IMG/VR virus record: IMGVR_UViG_3300010885_025158
Strand: one strand, 5' to 3'
DNA: 20,000 nucleotides
DNA from: an uncultured virus (IMG/VR IMGVR_UViG_3300010885_025158)
Taxonomy: Duplodnaviria; Heunggongvirae; Uroviricota; Caudoviricetes
Shown one piece after another: positions 1 to 9,216 of the stretch; position 1 is the stretch's first letter, and each line of letters starts with the position of its first letter. The position numbers and the translations under genes were made by a program. The notes beneath the pieces were generated by a model. The model ran no database searches. It was not told the origin of the DNA and worked only from the letters and a program-made list of their open reading frames with translations.

Positions 1-1
1 C

Positions 2-130
2 TACTGTTCGTAGGTAGTCTTCAGCAAAATCGGTAGCGCCGCTATGTTTATAGCGAAAAGCTAAGTTTAGTGCATCCACAACCATTAGTGTATTTTCTTG
101 TGCTGTAACTTGTTGAAAACTTTTGCTCAT
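2..130 (-). CDS. D15: 5'-3' exonuclease / flap endonuclease (T5 D15-like), N-terminal part only (truncated by window edge)
   Basis: Manual translation from ATG at 130: MSKSFQQVTAQENTLMVVDALNLAFRYKHSGATDFAEDYLRTV. The 'LMVVD..NLAFR' motif is typical of 5' nuclease N-termini. It follows D14 as in T5. Not in the ORF track. Confidence 0.85.
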   Translation of the reverse strand, partial: MSKSFQQVTAQENTLMVVDALNLAFRYKHSGATDFAEDYLRTV

Positions 131-161
131 TTTAGTGTTAATTTATTGTTTATTAGTATGT

Positions 162-190
162 ATTATAACTTAATTTACTAATAATTTCAA
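162..190 (-). promoter_or_regulatory. sigma70-like promoter TTGAAA-17-TATAAT upstream of D15
   Basis: + strand ATTATA at 162-167 and TTTCAA at 185-190, with a 17-nt spacer. Confidence 0.75.
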
Positions 191-639
191 GTTACAAATT
201 GTGGTTGCTCATTGACTAACCAGTCTTCTAGCAGTGCAACATATAGTTCGTGTTCGTCAATGCTTACAAATATATATCTGTAATTACTACTAGGCATATC
301 TAAAAATGCCGTAAATATCTTTGATCGGTCAAACTTAAATATTAGTAGTGGTTTTTTGTTTACTTGGTGACCTTGACGCACTGACTGTTTCCAGAACTCT
401 ATTAATTGTGGGCTTTTACCCGTTAATAGAGCACTTGAAACATGGTCTTCTGCGTAGCCTTTTACTTCTACACACCACAAGTTAGTTCTACCAGGCACGT
501 ATAAATCGCCCTTAAGTTGATGTTTAGGGTCAAGAGCACCTGATCCAGGTACTCTTTCCCATGCTAACCCTGTATGTTTTTTAAGAGCATCACGTACTAC
601 AGTTTCAGTGCGAGCACCTTTTGCTCTACTGTCTACCAT
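187..639 (-). CDS. D14: PD-(D/E)xK Holliday junction resolvase-like nuclease (T5 D14-like)
   Basis: N-terminal SRAKGA.E, RVPGSGA, GD and EVK motifs of Hjc-type resolvases; lies between D13 and D15. Confidence 0.85.
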   Translation of the reverse strand: MVDSRAKGARTETVVRDALKKHTGLAWERVPGSGALDPKHQLKGDLYVPGRTNLWCVEVKGYAEDHVSSALLTGKSPQLIEFWKQSVRQGHQVNKKPLLIFKFDRSKIFTAFLDMPSSNYRYIFVSIDEHELYVALLEDWLVNEQPQFVT

Positions 640-938
640 TATTCAGCTGTTTTTGTTGGAAAAACAATAACAGGTGTTTCTGCTGTAGCAGTAACTGTAT
701 CAGCTACTGCTACTTCTTGAGCTACAGGTGCCGGCACTTCTTCTTCCGCAGCCTTTACGCCAGGTACTTCAAAAGTACAGTTAGGGTCAACCCGTACTAT
801 AGCTTTTCCATTACCAACTACTGTTAGTGTTGCACTTTCGTGGTCACTGAAATAGTCGCCAGGACTAAGCTGTACTTGACCGACGTTTTCACGAGTAACA
901 GTGCAGGTTACACTACCATCAATTTCTTCTAAAATCAT
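639..938 (-). CDS. hypothetical protein, beta-rich N-terminal domain plus acidic Ala/Pro/Val/Thr-rich tail
   Basis: 99-aa ORF tightly packed between D13 and D14, with a GAGGT Shine-Dalgarno sequence just upstream. Confidence 0.7.
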   Translation of the reverse strand: MILEEIDGSVTCTVTRENVGQVQLSPGDYFSDHESATLTVVGNGKAIVRVDPNCTFEVPGVKAAEEEVPAPVAQEVAVADTVTATAETPVIVFPTKTAE

Positions 939-939
939 A

Positions 940-2778
940 TTATACCTCTATTTGTGAGATGTTGTTGCGTTTCAGTACATTTACTTTTTCCAGTAAAGGA
1001 TGGGTAAATCCATGTGAAACAAGGAAAGTATTTAGGTGCTCTTCTCTGAGCAATACTTCTACTAGTTTTTCTTTGCCGTCAACGTCTAGCGTTTCGACAG
1101 TTTCATCTAATATTAGAAGGTTAATTCTTGAACTAGATAAAGTTTGCATTAGCTTTCTGATAGCTAATAAAGTTGCCACGTTAACTCTGGCTTTTTCACC
1201 ACCAGAGAGAGCTAAGATTTCAATATCTTTGCCATTATCAGTGATAACTACATTTAGTTTGTCACTAGCAGATATTTTAAATCCTATTTGAAATCTACCA
1301 TCAGATAAGTCAATTAGATACTTATTTGTAATTTCTTCTAAGTCTTTTACTAAGCATTCTATTTTATAAGCTACTAAACCAGTAGTTGAGAATGTCTTTG
1401 TTAACACGTTAGTTATAGACATTTTTTCAGATAATTCATGCAGTTTTGAACTATAAACTTCAAGTTCTGCATTCATTTCTGTTAGTTGACTACTAATAGT
1501 TTCTACTTTAGCGTTATGAGCACTAACACTAGCATTTTTCTTTTCTGCTATAGCAATAGTTGACTTAATATTAGCAATCGCTGTTTGAAGTGCTGTAAAC
1601 TTAGAATCTAGTTCGTTTTTATCAAGCAAATCTTCTTGTAGCTCAGAATTAATTAGCTGATGATACTTTTCCCACTCATCTCGTGATTTATTTGCTGATT
1701 TCCATGCCGCAGTTTTAATAGTAAACTCTTGCTCAATTGTATCTATTTCAACTAGTCGCGTGTTAATTTTAGCTATTTTTCCAGAAGCATTCACTATTAT
1801 AGCATATTGTTCAGCTACTAAAGTGGCGATTTTTTCTTTGTCAATAGCTTGTAAACAAGTAGGACACGTACCTTGTAGAGCGCCTATCTTTTTAATAAAA
1901 GCGTCTGAGTCTTTCACAGATTTGGTTAACTCAATAGAACTAGTGTTTAATTGTTTAATTTCTGGATTTAAACCACTAACCGTGTCTACTGGATTTTCTG
2001 GTAGTGGAAATAGTTTAATACCGGACTGTATCTGTTTATAAGTATTATTCTGAGTAATCTTTTTGTTTGTGGAGTCTAGCCCGCGTATTTGGCTATCAAG
2101 TTCCGAAGCCTCAGTCAATAAAGTATCTTCTATCACAGGTACTTCACAATAGTCTTTGTGAGATAAATCCATCTTAGAATATTTATCTAACCAACTATTA
2201 ACTGTGTTAACTTGTGACTGTGCTGACGCAATGTCTTTGGTCAATTCCTGAGCTACATCTTTAAATATTTCTTGTACGCGAGTATACTTAGTTAGATTCA
2301 GTATTTCAATTAAAAACTTTTTACGTGCTGTATCAGCAGCAGTTAAGAATTCTAAACTGCTAGCATTTGATTGGTATACAATTTGTGCAAAAGTTTTATG
2401 ATCGAATCCAAGAATATCTTCAATCATTTTATAAGTTGCTGTAGCAGTATGCGCACTTATATCTACAGTATTTTTATATAGTTTAACTGTTTGAGCAGCC
2501 CCACGCGATGTTTTAATTGTGTACTCTACACCGTCGCGTTCAAAGTCAAGTTCAATAGTATAAGTTTTGTCTTTTACGTATCTATTTAAAATATCTGCTT
2601 TTTTAATGCCTTTTGAATTCTTATTAAATAATACTTCTTCTAAAATAAGAGCAATAGAGCTTTTGCCGTGACCGTTACGACCCACTAACTGTGTTAGGGG
2701 TGAAGCAACAAAATCAATGACATTATCTTTTCCATAACTAAAAGCATTGCTCCAATTTAATTTTTTAATTGTTATCAT
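940..2778 (-). CDS. D13: SbcC/Rad50-like recombination ATPase (T5 D13-like)
   Basis: Walker A GRNGHGKS, Q-loop, central coiled coil with CPTC zinc hook, LSGGE signature, Walker B LILDE, H-loop VSH. Confidence 0.93.
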   Translation of the reverse strand: MITIKKLNWSNAFSYGKDNVIDFVASPLTQLVGRNGHGKSSIALILEEVLFNKNSKGIKKADILNRYVKDKTYTIELDFERDGVEYTIKTSRGAAQTVKLYKNTVDISAHTATATYKMIEDILGFDHKTFAQIVYQSNASSLEFLTAADTARKKFLIEILNLTKYTRVQEIFKDVAQELTKDIASAQSQVNTVNSWLDKYSKMDLSHKDYCEVPVIEDTLLTEASELDSQIRGLDSTNKKITQNNTYKQIQSGIKLFPLPENPVDTVSGLNPEIKQLNTSSIELTKSVKDSDAFIKKIGALQGTCPTCLQAIDKEKIATLVAEQYAIIVNASGKIAKINTRLVEIDTIEQEFTIKTAAWKSANKSRDEWEKYHQLINSELQEDLLDKNELDSKFTALQTAIANIKSTIAIAEKKNASVSAHNAKVETISSQLTEMNAELEVYSSKLHELSEKMSITNVLTKTFSTTGLVAYKIECLVKDLEEITNKYLIDLSDGRFQIGFKISASDKLNVVITDNGKDIEILALSGGEKARVNVATLLAIRKLMQTLSSSRINLLILDETVETLDVDGKEKLVEVLLREEHLNTFLVSHGFTHPLLEKVNVLKRNNISQIEV

Positions 2779-3025
2779 GTTCCAATAGTTCTTTTTTCAA
2801 TTCGTGCAATCCGCCCACATATTTTCCGTTTATAAATATCTGTGGAACACTCCTAGCATCTGGTACTTTTTGAACTAAGTCTTTCTTTGAGTACCCGTTA
2901 ATGCCTATCATACACTCTACATAGCTAATTGCTCGTTGTTCTAGTAATCGTTTTGCTTCTGTGCAGGCGGGGCAGTTTGTTTGTGACCATACCTCGGCTT
3001 TAAAGTGACTCAAATTTTTCCGCAT
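2765..3025 (-). CDS. glutaredoxin
   Basis: CPAC active site and the SVPQIFING.YVGG motif characteristic of glutaredoxins. Confidence 0.9.
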   Translation of the reverse strand: MRKNLSHFKAEVWSQTNCPACTEAKRLLEQRAISYVECMIGINGYSKKDLVQKVPDARSVPQIFINGKYVGGLHELKKELLEHDNN

Positions 3026-3956
3026 GATTTTGTAACTCCTTTAGTACAGATTCTATTGTTTCATCTGGTAGTTCTAAGATGTAAGCTAAATACTCTTTAA
3101 CTTCTTCTACCAGACTCATTTCAGGATCTAGGATAAGTGCAGAGTCTGTTTCTCGTTTAATTACCTTACGGTCAATTAAATCTGAATCTTCGAGTTCGCC
3201 AAGTTCTTGCATATCGCCTTCAACTTGGTAAATGGTGTGATCAAAAACTGTTGCCGGTTTAGGGTCACTAACCCCAACAGTTTTTCTTATAAGTTGAGGT
3301 AAGCTGAATTTGAGCCAAACATGATCCAAAGAATCTGAGTCAAGCAAAATAGCTCCAGTGTCCACGGAACTTCTATGAAAGCTAGTAGTATAAGGACTAC
3401 CAGGATACAGGATATTAAGTTGTGAATTTTCATAACTGTGTAAATCACCTGCTAACACTACTTGCCAGCGGTTAAATAGTGTTAAGTCAACTTCGGACTT
3501 AACGTGTGGAGGAATGTCGCCACGAACGTGAGTACAACATATATTTCCATATACTAAGTGAGGGGCTTTTTCAAACTCTTTTAGTTTATTGTACGGAATA
3601 AAATCAATGTTATTGTAACTGTAAAAATCATCAATAACTTGTACTAGTGAGTTTAGTCTATTAGTTGATTTTTTAAGGTTAGATAAGAAAGTAGTGTCTT
3701 TCTTTAGCATTTCGTGATTACCAGAATATATAATGGTTGGCTTTGTAAAACTAGCCACAAAGTCAAAATATAACTCTACTTCATCCATTGTTGGTAGTCG
3801 GTCAAATATATCACCACCAATAATTACTAAATCAGCCCCTTCTTGCATTTGTTGAAACTGCTCAACAAACATATGAAAACGATTTTTTGCCCACTCAATA
3901 GGTACGTTTTTTTGACCTAATTTTATATGCACATCTGCGGTAAATAGTATTTTCAT
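3000..3956 (-). CDS. D12: SbcD/Mre11-like nuclease (T5 D12-like)
   Basis: Metallophosphoesterase motifs DVH, GGD, GNHE, GDLH and YPGSP. Start moved to ATG 3956 (MKILFTAD) because the ORF-track start lies inside a terminator hairpin. Confidence 0.92.
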   Translation of the reverse strand: MKILFTADVHIKLGQKNVPIEWAKNRFHMFVEQFQQMQEGADLVIIGGDIFDRLPTMDEVELYFDFVASFTKPTIIYSGNHEMLKKDTTFLSNLKKSTNRLNSLVQVIDDFYSYNNIDFIPYNKLKEFEKAPHLVYGNICCTHVRGDIPPHVKSEVDLTLFNRWQVVLAGDLHSYENSQLNILYPGSPYTTSFHRSSVDTGAILLDSDSLDHVWLKFSLPQLIRKTVGVSDPKPATVFDHTIYQVEGDMQELGELEDSDLIDRKVIKRETDSALILDPEMSLVEEVKEYLAYILELPDETIESVLKELQNHAEKFESL

Positions 3957-3965
3957 TTTTATAGA

Positions 3966-4002
3966 CAAAATAGCCCGCAAAGCATAAAGTTTTGCGGGCT
4001 AT
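3966..4002 (-). terminator. intrinsic terminator after D11
   Basis: 12-bp stem ATAGCCCGCAAA / TTTGCGGGCTAT (3970-3981 and 3991-4002), followed by a short T-run on the minus strand. Confidence 0.75.
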
Positions 4003-4006
4003 AATT

Positions 4007-4654
4007 TTAACCTAAGTCTTTAACGGCTTCACGCTCTGATTCTGAAGCGCCTTCATCTGTTTCTTCGTCACTATGTGTAGTAACTTTGTTTAACAGGGCT
4101 AATACTTCATCAGCGGTAGGACGAGGATACTTTTCATCAATAGCTTTACTGGTAGTAACTAGTTCGCGCTCTGTATCTGACAGTGGGCGTGACTTGCAAC
4201 GAAGTACTTGCAGTTGGTATTCAACGTTAAAAGGTAGAGGGCCAGTCTTAACTCGCTTAAAAACAACATCCCAACCACTATCAAAATCAGTTGGATCGCC
4301 CAAATCTTCGGCGGCTGTCATAACTTGTTCAAACAATTTCTTTTTAAGGTTAAGTGCCTTAATTTTGCCATCTTTAGTGTCGATACAGTTTACTGTGTAT
4401 GACCAAGTGCATTTTAGTTCAGGAAAGAATTTTGGAACATGATCTACTTCTAGATTGTCAAATTTTTCTTTTTCTCTACTAAAAGCTAAACACTCAACAG
4501 GAATATCCTTGTTATTAGTGCCCTTAATCCAGTAAATGTAGCGAGGTAAGAGTCCACCAATTAAGCGAACTGAATTTTCGCCATCTTTGTACTCGTATGC
4601 CTCTACTTTGTTTGATTGTGCTTTGCCTTTTGTATTCTTAAAGCTAATTGCCAT
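4007..4654 (-). CDS. D11: T5 D11-like protein, putative ssDNA-binding / recombination protein
   Basis: Position between D10 and D12, acidic C-terminal tail, and resemblance to T5 D11 (PRYIYW, GDPTD..GWD, KTGP..NVEY). Confidence 0.75.
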   Translation of the reverse strand: MAISFKNTKGKAQSNKVEAYEYKDGENSVRLIGGLLPRYIYWIKGTNNKDIPVECLAFSREKEKFDNLEVDHVPKFFPELKCTWSYTVNCIDTKDGKIKALNLKKKLFEQVMTAAEDLGDPTDFDSGWDVVFKRVKTGPLPFNVEYQLQVLRCKSRPLSDTERELVTTSKAIDEKYPRPTADEVLALLNKVTTHSDEETDEGASESEREAVKDLG

Positions 4655-5039
4655 TTTTAATATCCTCGTATTTAAAGTGTATTTTGTTTTCTGTTATAGT
4701 TAGTAGCGGATTTGTTATTATTTTGCTTATATCAATATCTTTGAAATAAGATAAGTCTAAGTAATTAATATTGTAAAGTTTGTATGAGCTATAATCTCGT
4801 CTTCCGGCTAACTGTATATATTGTGATTTATAAATTACATCAGTTGTTTTATCTGTAAATAAATCTGCAGGGTTTACTAAAAAACTATTTCCAATTAAAT
4901 TACTAATGGGTTTAATTTTAGTCAAGTAATTTTTTGGTATAGATTTTTTAGTAAAATGCAAACGAAGTTTTTCAACTATTAAGTTAGGATCGTTTTTAGT
5001 TTCAGATTCTAAAACTGAAAGGTTAAAGAAAAAAGTCAT
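4644..5039 (-). CDS. conserved T5-like hypothetical protein
   Basis: 131-aa ORF with its own promoter, at the syntenic position between D10 and D11. Confidence 0.7.
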   Translation of the reverse strand: MTFFFNLSVLESETKNDPNLIVEKLRLHFTKKSIPKNYLTKIKPISNLIGNSFLVNPADLFTDKTTDVIYKSQYIQLAGRRDYSSYKLYNINYLDLSYFKDIDISKIITNPLLTITENKIHFKYEDIKNGN

Positions 5040-5058
5040 ATTCTGTAACTTAAAGATT

Positions 5059-5087
5059 ATTATAGCAGATTAACAACTGTAGTGCAA
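5059..5087 (-). promoter_or_regulatory. sigma70-like promoter TTGCAC-17-TATAAT
   Basis: + strand ATTATA at 5059-5064 and GTGCAA at 5082-5087; A-rich UP-like tract upstream. Confidence 0.75.
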
Positions 5088-5097
5088 GTTAATTTTT

Positions 5098-6387
5098 TTA
5101 TATGGTAGTTATTTGCCAGCCTTTACGCATATAAAGCCCAAGCCTATCATTGTTTTGTTTTTTATCAGCATAACCAGCAAAGTTAATATCTATTACTAAC
5201 GGATTCAGTTTTTCTGGAAAAATTCTTTGAATCCTGCCTATGATTTGTTCTAATAAGCTATCATTAGACATAGGCACTGCTAAAATAACGCACGATAAGG
5301 CATTAATAGAAATGCCTTCTGAAAAGATTTGTCTTGATCCTGCAATGGCTTTCTTTTCTCCATTGAGGATTTGTTGTTTTGCTTGATCTCTGTCGCCTTC
5401 GGTTCCAGTAACCAACAAACACGTTTCTCCAACATATTCTTTGACCTTTTGTAAAAATTCAACTCTATCTGCAATAATCAATACAGAGTGACCATTATCA
5501 ATTTCTATATTTGCTATACCAGCAACAAATTGTCGGTATTTATCGTTTTCACACAAATCATTGATTTTTTCTACCCAAGTTGCGCCAGTCTTTAGTGTTA
5601 TACCACTTTTAACTATTCTGATCTTAGGAATAAGTGTATTAGCTTCTGGAGGCTTTAATACATGAGTACCAAAATAATCAGGAAATAATATGTGCTTACC
5701 GTCTTTACGAATCATTGTACCCGAAAGAGCAATTCTGTATCTAGCGTAAAAACTGTCTACTGTTGTAGAAAAAGTAGTAGCAGGACAGTGGTGTGCTTCA
5801 TCCATTATAACTGTACCAAATTCTTTTGATAAAGTTGCTAGATGTTTAACTACGGACTGTATGTTTCCTACTACTATTGCCCTGTCTTCAATATCAAACT
5901 CGCCACCACCAATTACTCCAGCAGTCATACCAAATAAGATTTTTACTTCTTCTATCCACTGATCTCTTAGTGCAGCAGTATGTGTAATAACTAAAGTTCG
6001 TTGCCCAAACTTACGTGCTAAATGTAGCGCAGTAAAAGTTTTGCCCCAGCCTGGTAGTGCATTAATAAAACACGTATCCTTTACTTCGTTATATATTAGT
6101 ACTTGATCATCGCGTAAAGGATGTATTGTCTCAGGAAAGGGTACAGGTACTAGACTCCGCTTATCTATAATTTCGAAATTTTCGGGAATCAAGTCCTGTC
6201 GTCCTTGAGGTATACTAACTATACCTTTAGGCAACATTTTGTAGTTTTTTATTGTTTCAACGGCAAAAAATTTCTTTGAGCCAGTATCTTTTGCAATTTT
6301 ATATGTTAGTGTTTTGATAATCTTTTTAAGGTAATCTGCACCTGGATTATCCATATATATTCTGTTTGATATAATTGCTTTAGGCAT
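5098..6387 (-). CDS. D10: superfamily 2 DEAH helicase (T5 D10 / UvsW-like)
   Basis: Walker A PGWGKT, DEAH, motif III SGT, motif V EGI, motif VI QIIGRIQR. Confidence 0.92.
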   Translation of the reverse strand: MPKAIISNRIYMDNPGADYLKKIIKTLTYKIAKDTGSKKFFAVETIKNYKMLPKGIVSIPQGRQDLIPENFEIIDKRSLVPVPFPETIHPLRDDQVLIYNEVKDTCFINALPGWGKTFTALHLARKFGQRTLVITHTAALRDQWIEEVKILFGMTAGVIGGGEFDIEDRAIVVGNIQSVVKHLATLSKEFGTVIMDEAHHCPATTFSTTVDSFYARYRIALSGTMIRKDGKHILFPDYFGTHVLKPPEANTLIPKIRIVKSGITLKTGATWVEKINDLCENDKYRQFVAGIANIEIDNGHSVLIIADRVEFLQKVKEYVGETCLLVTGTEGDRDQAKQQILNGEKKAIAGSRQIFSEGISINALSCVILAVPMSNDSLLEQIIGRIQRIFPEKLNPLVIDINFAGYADKKQNNDRLGLYMRKGWQITTI

Positions 6388-6959
6388 TATACTAGTCTCC
6401 AGCTATCGTTTGTAGCAGTCTCGCTAAGACCATATAATAAATATATTTTATTTATTACTAAGAATACTGCATAGCGGTGAAAGTCTTGTGGTCGTTGTAG
6501 GCTTTTAAATCTTTGAGATAGACCTTCTACTTCTAATACACACCCTATACCATCAGCAGGTAAAACTTGTTTGATCTTTTTTGTGGTAAGTTTGGCGCGT
6601 GTATATTTTTTCCACTGAAATACCTTGCCACTATTATCTATAAACCATGTACTGGCTTTGGCAAGTTTTATTAAGTCAGCTAAAAAATATATTGCGGTTG
6701 ATATTTTATGTAGTTTTATATTTGCGTCTTTTTGTAGTGCAAGCCTACGTAAACCCAGTGTTTTTTGTGGTAGATTTTTATCATCTATGATTTTAATTGT
6801 AAGACTACTAGTATTAGTATCGTCCACATATTCGGTGTGAAAGAACACCAACCCATTGTACTGGGTTGGCTCTTTTTCACTCAATTTAAATACGGGCCAT
6901 GTTATCGCCTGTAACGCCGTAAACTTCGTCAAAGTGTCCAAAACTGTAGTCATCCCCAA
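6387..6959 (-). CDS. conserved T5-like hypothetical protein (start uncertain, probably shorter)
   Basis: ORF fills the gap between pol and D10; its 5' end overlaps the pol 3' end. Confidence 0.7.
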   Translation of the reverse strand: MGMTTVLDTLTKFTALQAITWPVFKLSEKEPTQYNGLVFFHTEYVDDTNTSSLTIKIIDDKNLPQKTLGLRRLALQKDANIKLHKISTAIYFLADLIKLAKASTWFIDNSGKVFQWKKYTRAKLTTKKIKQVLPADGIGCVLEVEGLSQRFKSLQRPQDFHRYAVFLVINKIYLLYGLSETATNDSWRLV

Positions 6960-9165
6960 TATCTTGATCTACGCCAATAGGTGTGTTAGGGATTTCGCAA
7001 CCCCATTCGTGTTGTGTGTTACGCTTTAGAATTTCGCAATACTCTTCAACACATTCGTCCTTAACTAGTGCTACAACTGAGTCATGTACAAGCATAAAGA
7101 TTTTAGCATCTAGCCCTTTGGCTTTAACTTCATTAGCAGTAGCCATAGCACCAAGCAAATTAATATCACTAGCGAGAGACTGAACTTCAGCATTAATTCC
7201 GCTACGAACTTCGTGAGCAGCAATACCTTTATCACTAGAAAATACATTAGGTAAACGACGCTTGCGACCAAAAAAGCTATAAGTATAGCCATTTGTTTCA
7301 ATAAATGTTTTACGTTCATTTAGCCACTTCTTTAGTTTACTAAATTTATTAAAGTATGCTTTAATATCTTCACGTGCTTGTTCAACTGGATAAGGTTGAC
7401 CGGTTGCTTTTGATACAGTCTGAGATACTTTATTAGCACCTGAACCGTATAAAATGCCAAAAGAAATAGCTTTAGCCGATTGACGCATACTACCGTATAG
7501 CTTTTTAACATCCTCAACTGCACAGGGTAAGCTAAACACCATTTTTGCAATAGTTGAGTGAAAGTCACCACCACTAGAGAAAACTTGTTGTAGGTTTTTA
7601 TCTCCTGATAGCACAGCAGCATAGTACATTTCTGCTGTGGTCAAGTCTTGCGAAACAATTTTATAACCTTCGATAGCTTTGATACAGCCTTTGATAATAG
7701 GATTGTCCCTAGGTATTTGCTGAGCATTAAACTTACCAGAACTACTGAGGCGACCGCTAGTGGTAAAGATAAGATTAAAATTTGTACGAATTCTACCGTC
7801 TCTATCAATTTCTGGTAAAATCTTGGAAATGTAGGTATTTTGAATTTTGCCAAGTTGTCTTACCTTTAAAATTGCAGCTGGCAATGGGTGTTCTTCGGAT
7901 AACTGCTCTAGGACTTCGGCATCGGTTGAGATTGCTCCTGTTGCTGTCTTTTTTCCAGTTGGTTGTAAACCCAAATAATCGAACAAGACGACACGCAACT
8001 GCAAAACACTATTAGGATTAAAAATTTTACCAGTGTCTTTTTCAAACCGCTTAACTTCGTCAAACCCATAAACAACTTCCTTTGCTTGTGCAATCTGCTC
8101 GTCTAAATACATGTTAGCAGCAGCCATGCGTTCTTTATCTACAGGAATACCTACTTCTTCCATGTCCATTAGAAACAAGGTACCTGGAATTAAGATTTCT
8201 TTATAGACTTTTAGTAGATTACCGTTCTTCTGAACAATGGGCCAAAACTTTTGAAACAAGTCAAATGTTACGGCAGTGTCAATAGAAGCATAACGGCTAA
8301 TAACATCAAAAGGTATGAGATCATACGTAAAGTCGTCTTGTAAAATTCCGTTCTTTGCACAGTATTCTTTCTTAAACTCGTCCAATTCAGCATCATAGTC
8401 CCCATAGTCAGTATATTTAAGTGCCAGTTGTTTTAAACCATGACTATCAATTTCGTCTAGTACATAGTGCATAACCATAGTATCGTGTACTTGGTTACGA
8501 TTAAAATCTATTCCAAAATGATATTTAATCATCTTGTAGTCAAATTTCATGTTGTGAAATATAGTAGAAAAATTACTTATAATTTCTTGCATTAAATCTA
8601 AACACTCGTCATCTAAGCAGTCTGTTAAGATGTATCTGCCATGCTTAGATTTATAACTCATGGAAATACCAAGCACATATCCGTCTCTTGGATAAAGTGC
8701 TGTTGTTTCCGTATCCCAGGCAACATAGCCCTCGGCATTGGCTAAGACTTCTCTAAAGAATTCTTTTGCTTCTTCAGTATCGTCAATGCCTTTAAAATCA
8801 CCAGTTACTAGTGGCTGTAGTGAGCCTTTCACATATTTGTGAATTCTATCTACAGCACGATCAAAGTCTGGTTTGCCTTCTGGTTTAAACGCTAGCATGG
8901 CCGGATTTGAGATAGCAATAAATTTATCTGCTACTAATTGGCCTGCCATGTTTGTAACTGAGGATACTTTTGCGTATTCTTTTGCGGCTTCTGCGCCCAC
9001 TAAGATAACGTAATTATAAGGTTCTAAGTCTACTACCAAGTCTACGTCTTTTTTCAAGAGTTTGGTAATTGGCTTAGAACTCATATGATAGTGATCGTAC
9101 TCAAATTCAAAATACTCTGAATAGCGGGTACGATTTGGGGCTTTGTCAATAATTGCAATTTTCAT
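6886..9165 (-). CDS. pol: family A DNA polymerase (T5-like) with 3'-5' exonuclease
   Basis: ExoI DTET, ExoII HNMKFD, ExoIII YASID, TTSGRLSS, motif A DLTTAE, motif B RQSAKAISFGILYG, motif C VHDS. Start set at MKIAII (9165) because 9177 is almost at the predicted transcription start. Confidence 0.95.
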   Translation of the reverse strand: MKIAIIDKAPNRTRYSEYFEFEYDHYHMSSKPITKLLKKDVDLVVDLEPYNYVILVGAEAAKEYAKVSSVTNMAGQLVADKFIAISNPAMLAFKPEGKPDFDRAVDRIHKYVKGSLQPLVTGDFKGIDDTEEAKEFFREVLANAEGYVAWDTETTALYPRDGYVLGISMSYKSKHGRYILTDCLDDECLDLMQEIISNFSTIFHNMKFDYKMIKYHFGIDFNRNQVHDTMVMHYVLDEIDSHGLKQLALKYTDYGDYDAELDEFKKEYCAKNGILQDDFTYDLIPFDVISRYASIDTAVTFDLFQKFWPIVQKNGNLLKVYKEILIPGTLFLMDMEEVGIPVDKERMAAANMYLDEQIAQAKEVVYGFDEVKRFEKDTGKIFNPNSVLQLRVVLFDYLGLQPTGKKTATGAISTDAEVLEQLSEEHPLPAAILKVRQLGKIQNTYISKILPEIDRDGRIRTNFNLIFTTSGRLSSSGKFNAQQIPRDNPIIKGCIKAIEGYKIVSQDLTTAEMYYAAVLSGDKNLQQVFSSGGDFHSTIAKMVFSLPCAVEDVKKLYGSMRQSAKAISFGILYGSGANKVSQTVSKATGQPYPVEQAREDIKAYFNKFSKLKKWLNERKTFIETNGYTYSFFGRKRRLPNVFSSDKGIAAHEVRSGINAEVQSLASDINLLGAMATANEVKAKGLDAKIFMLVHDSVVALVKDECVEEYCEILKRNTQHEWGCEIPNTPIGVDQDIGDDYSFGHFDEVYGVTGDNMARI

Positions 9166-9185
9166 AGTTGTTTCCATAATACTTT

Positions 9186-9214
9186 ATTATAGCGTATTTA
9201 GCTAATCTTTTCAA
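9186..9214 (-). promoter_or_regulatory. sigma70-like promoter TTGAAA-17-TATAAT upstream of pol
   Basis: + strand ATTATA at 9186-9191 and TTTCAA at 9209-9214. Confidence 0.75.
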
Positions 9215-9216
9215 GT

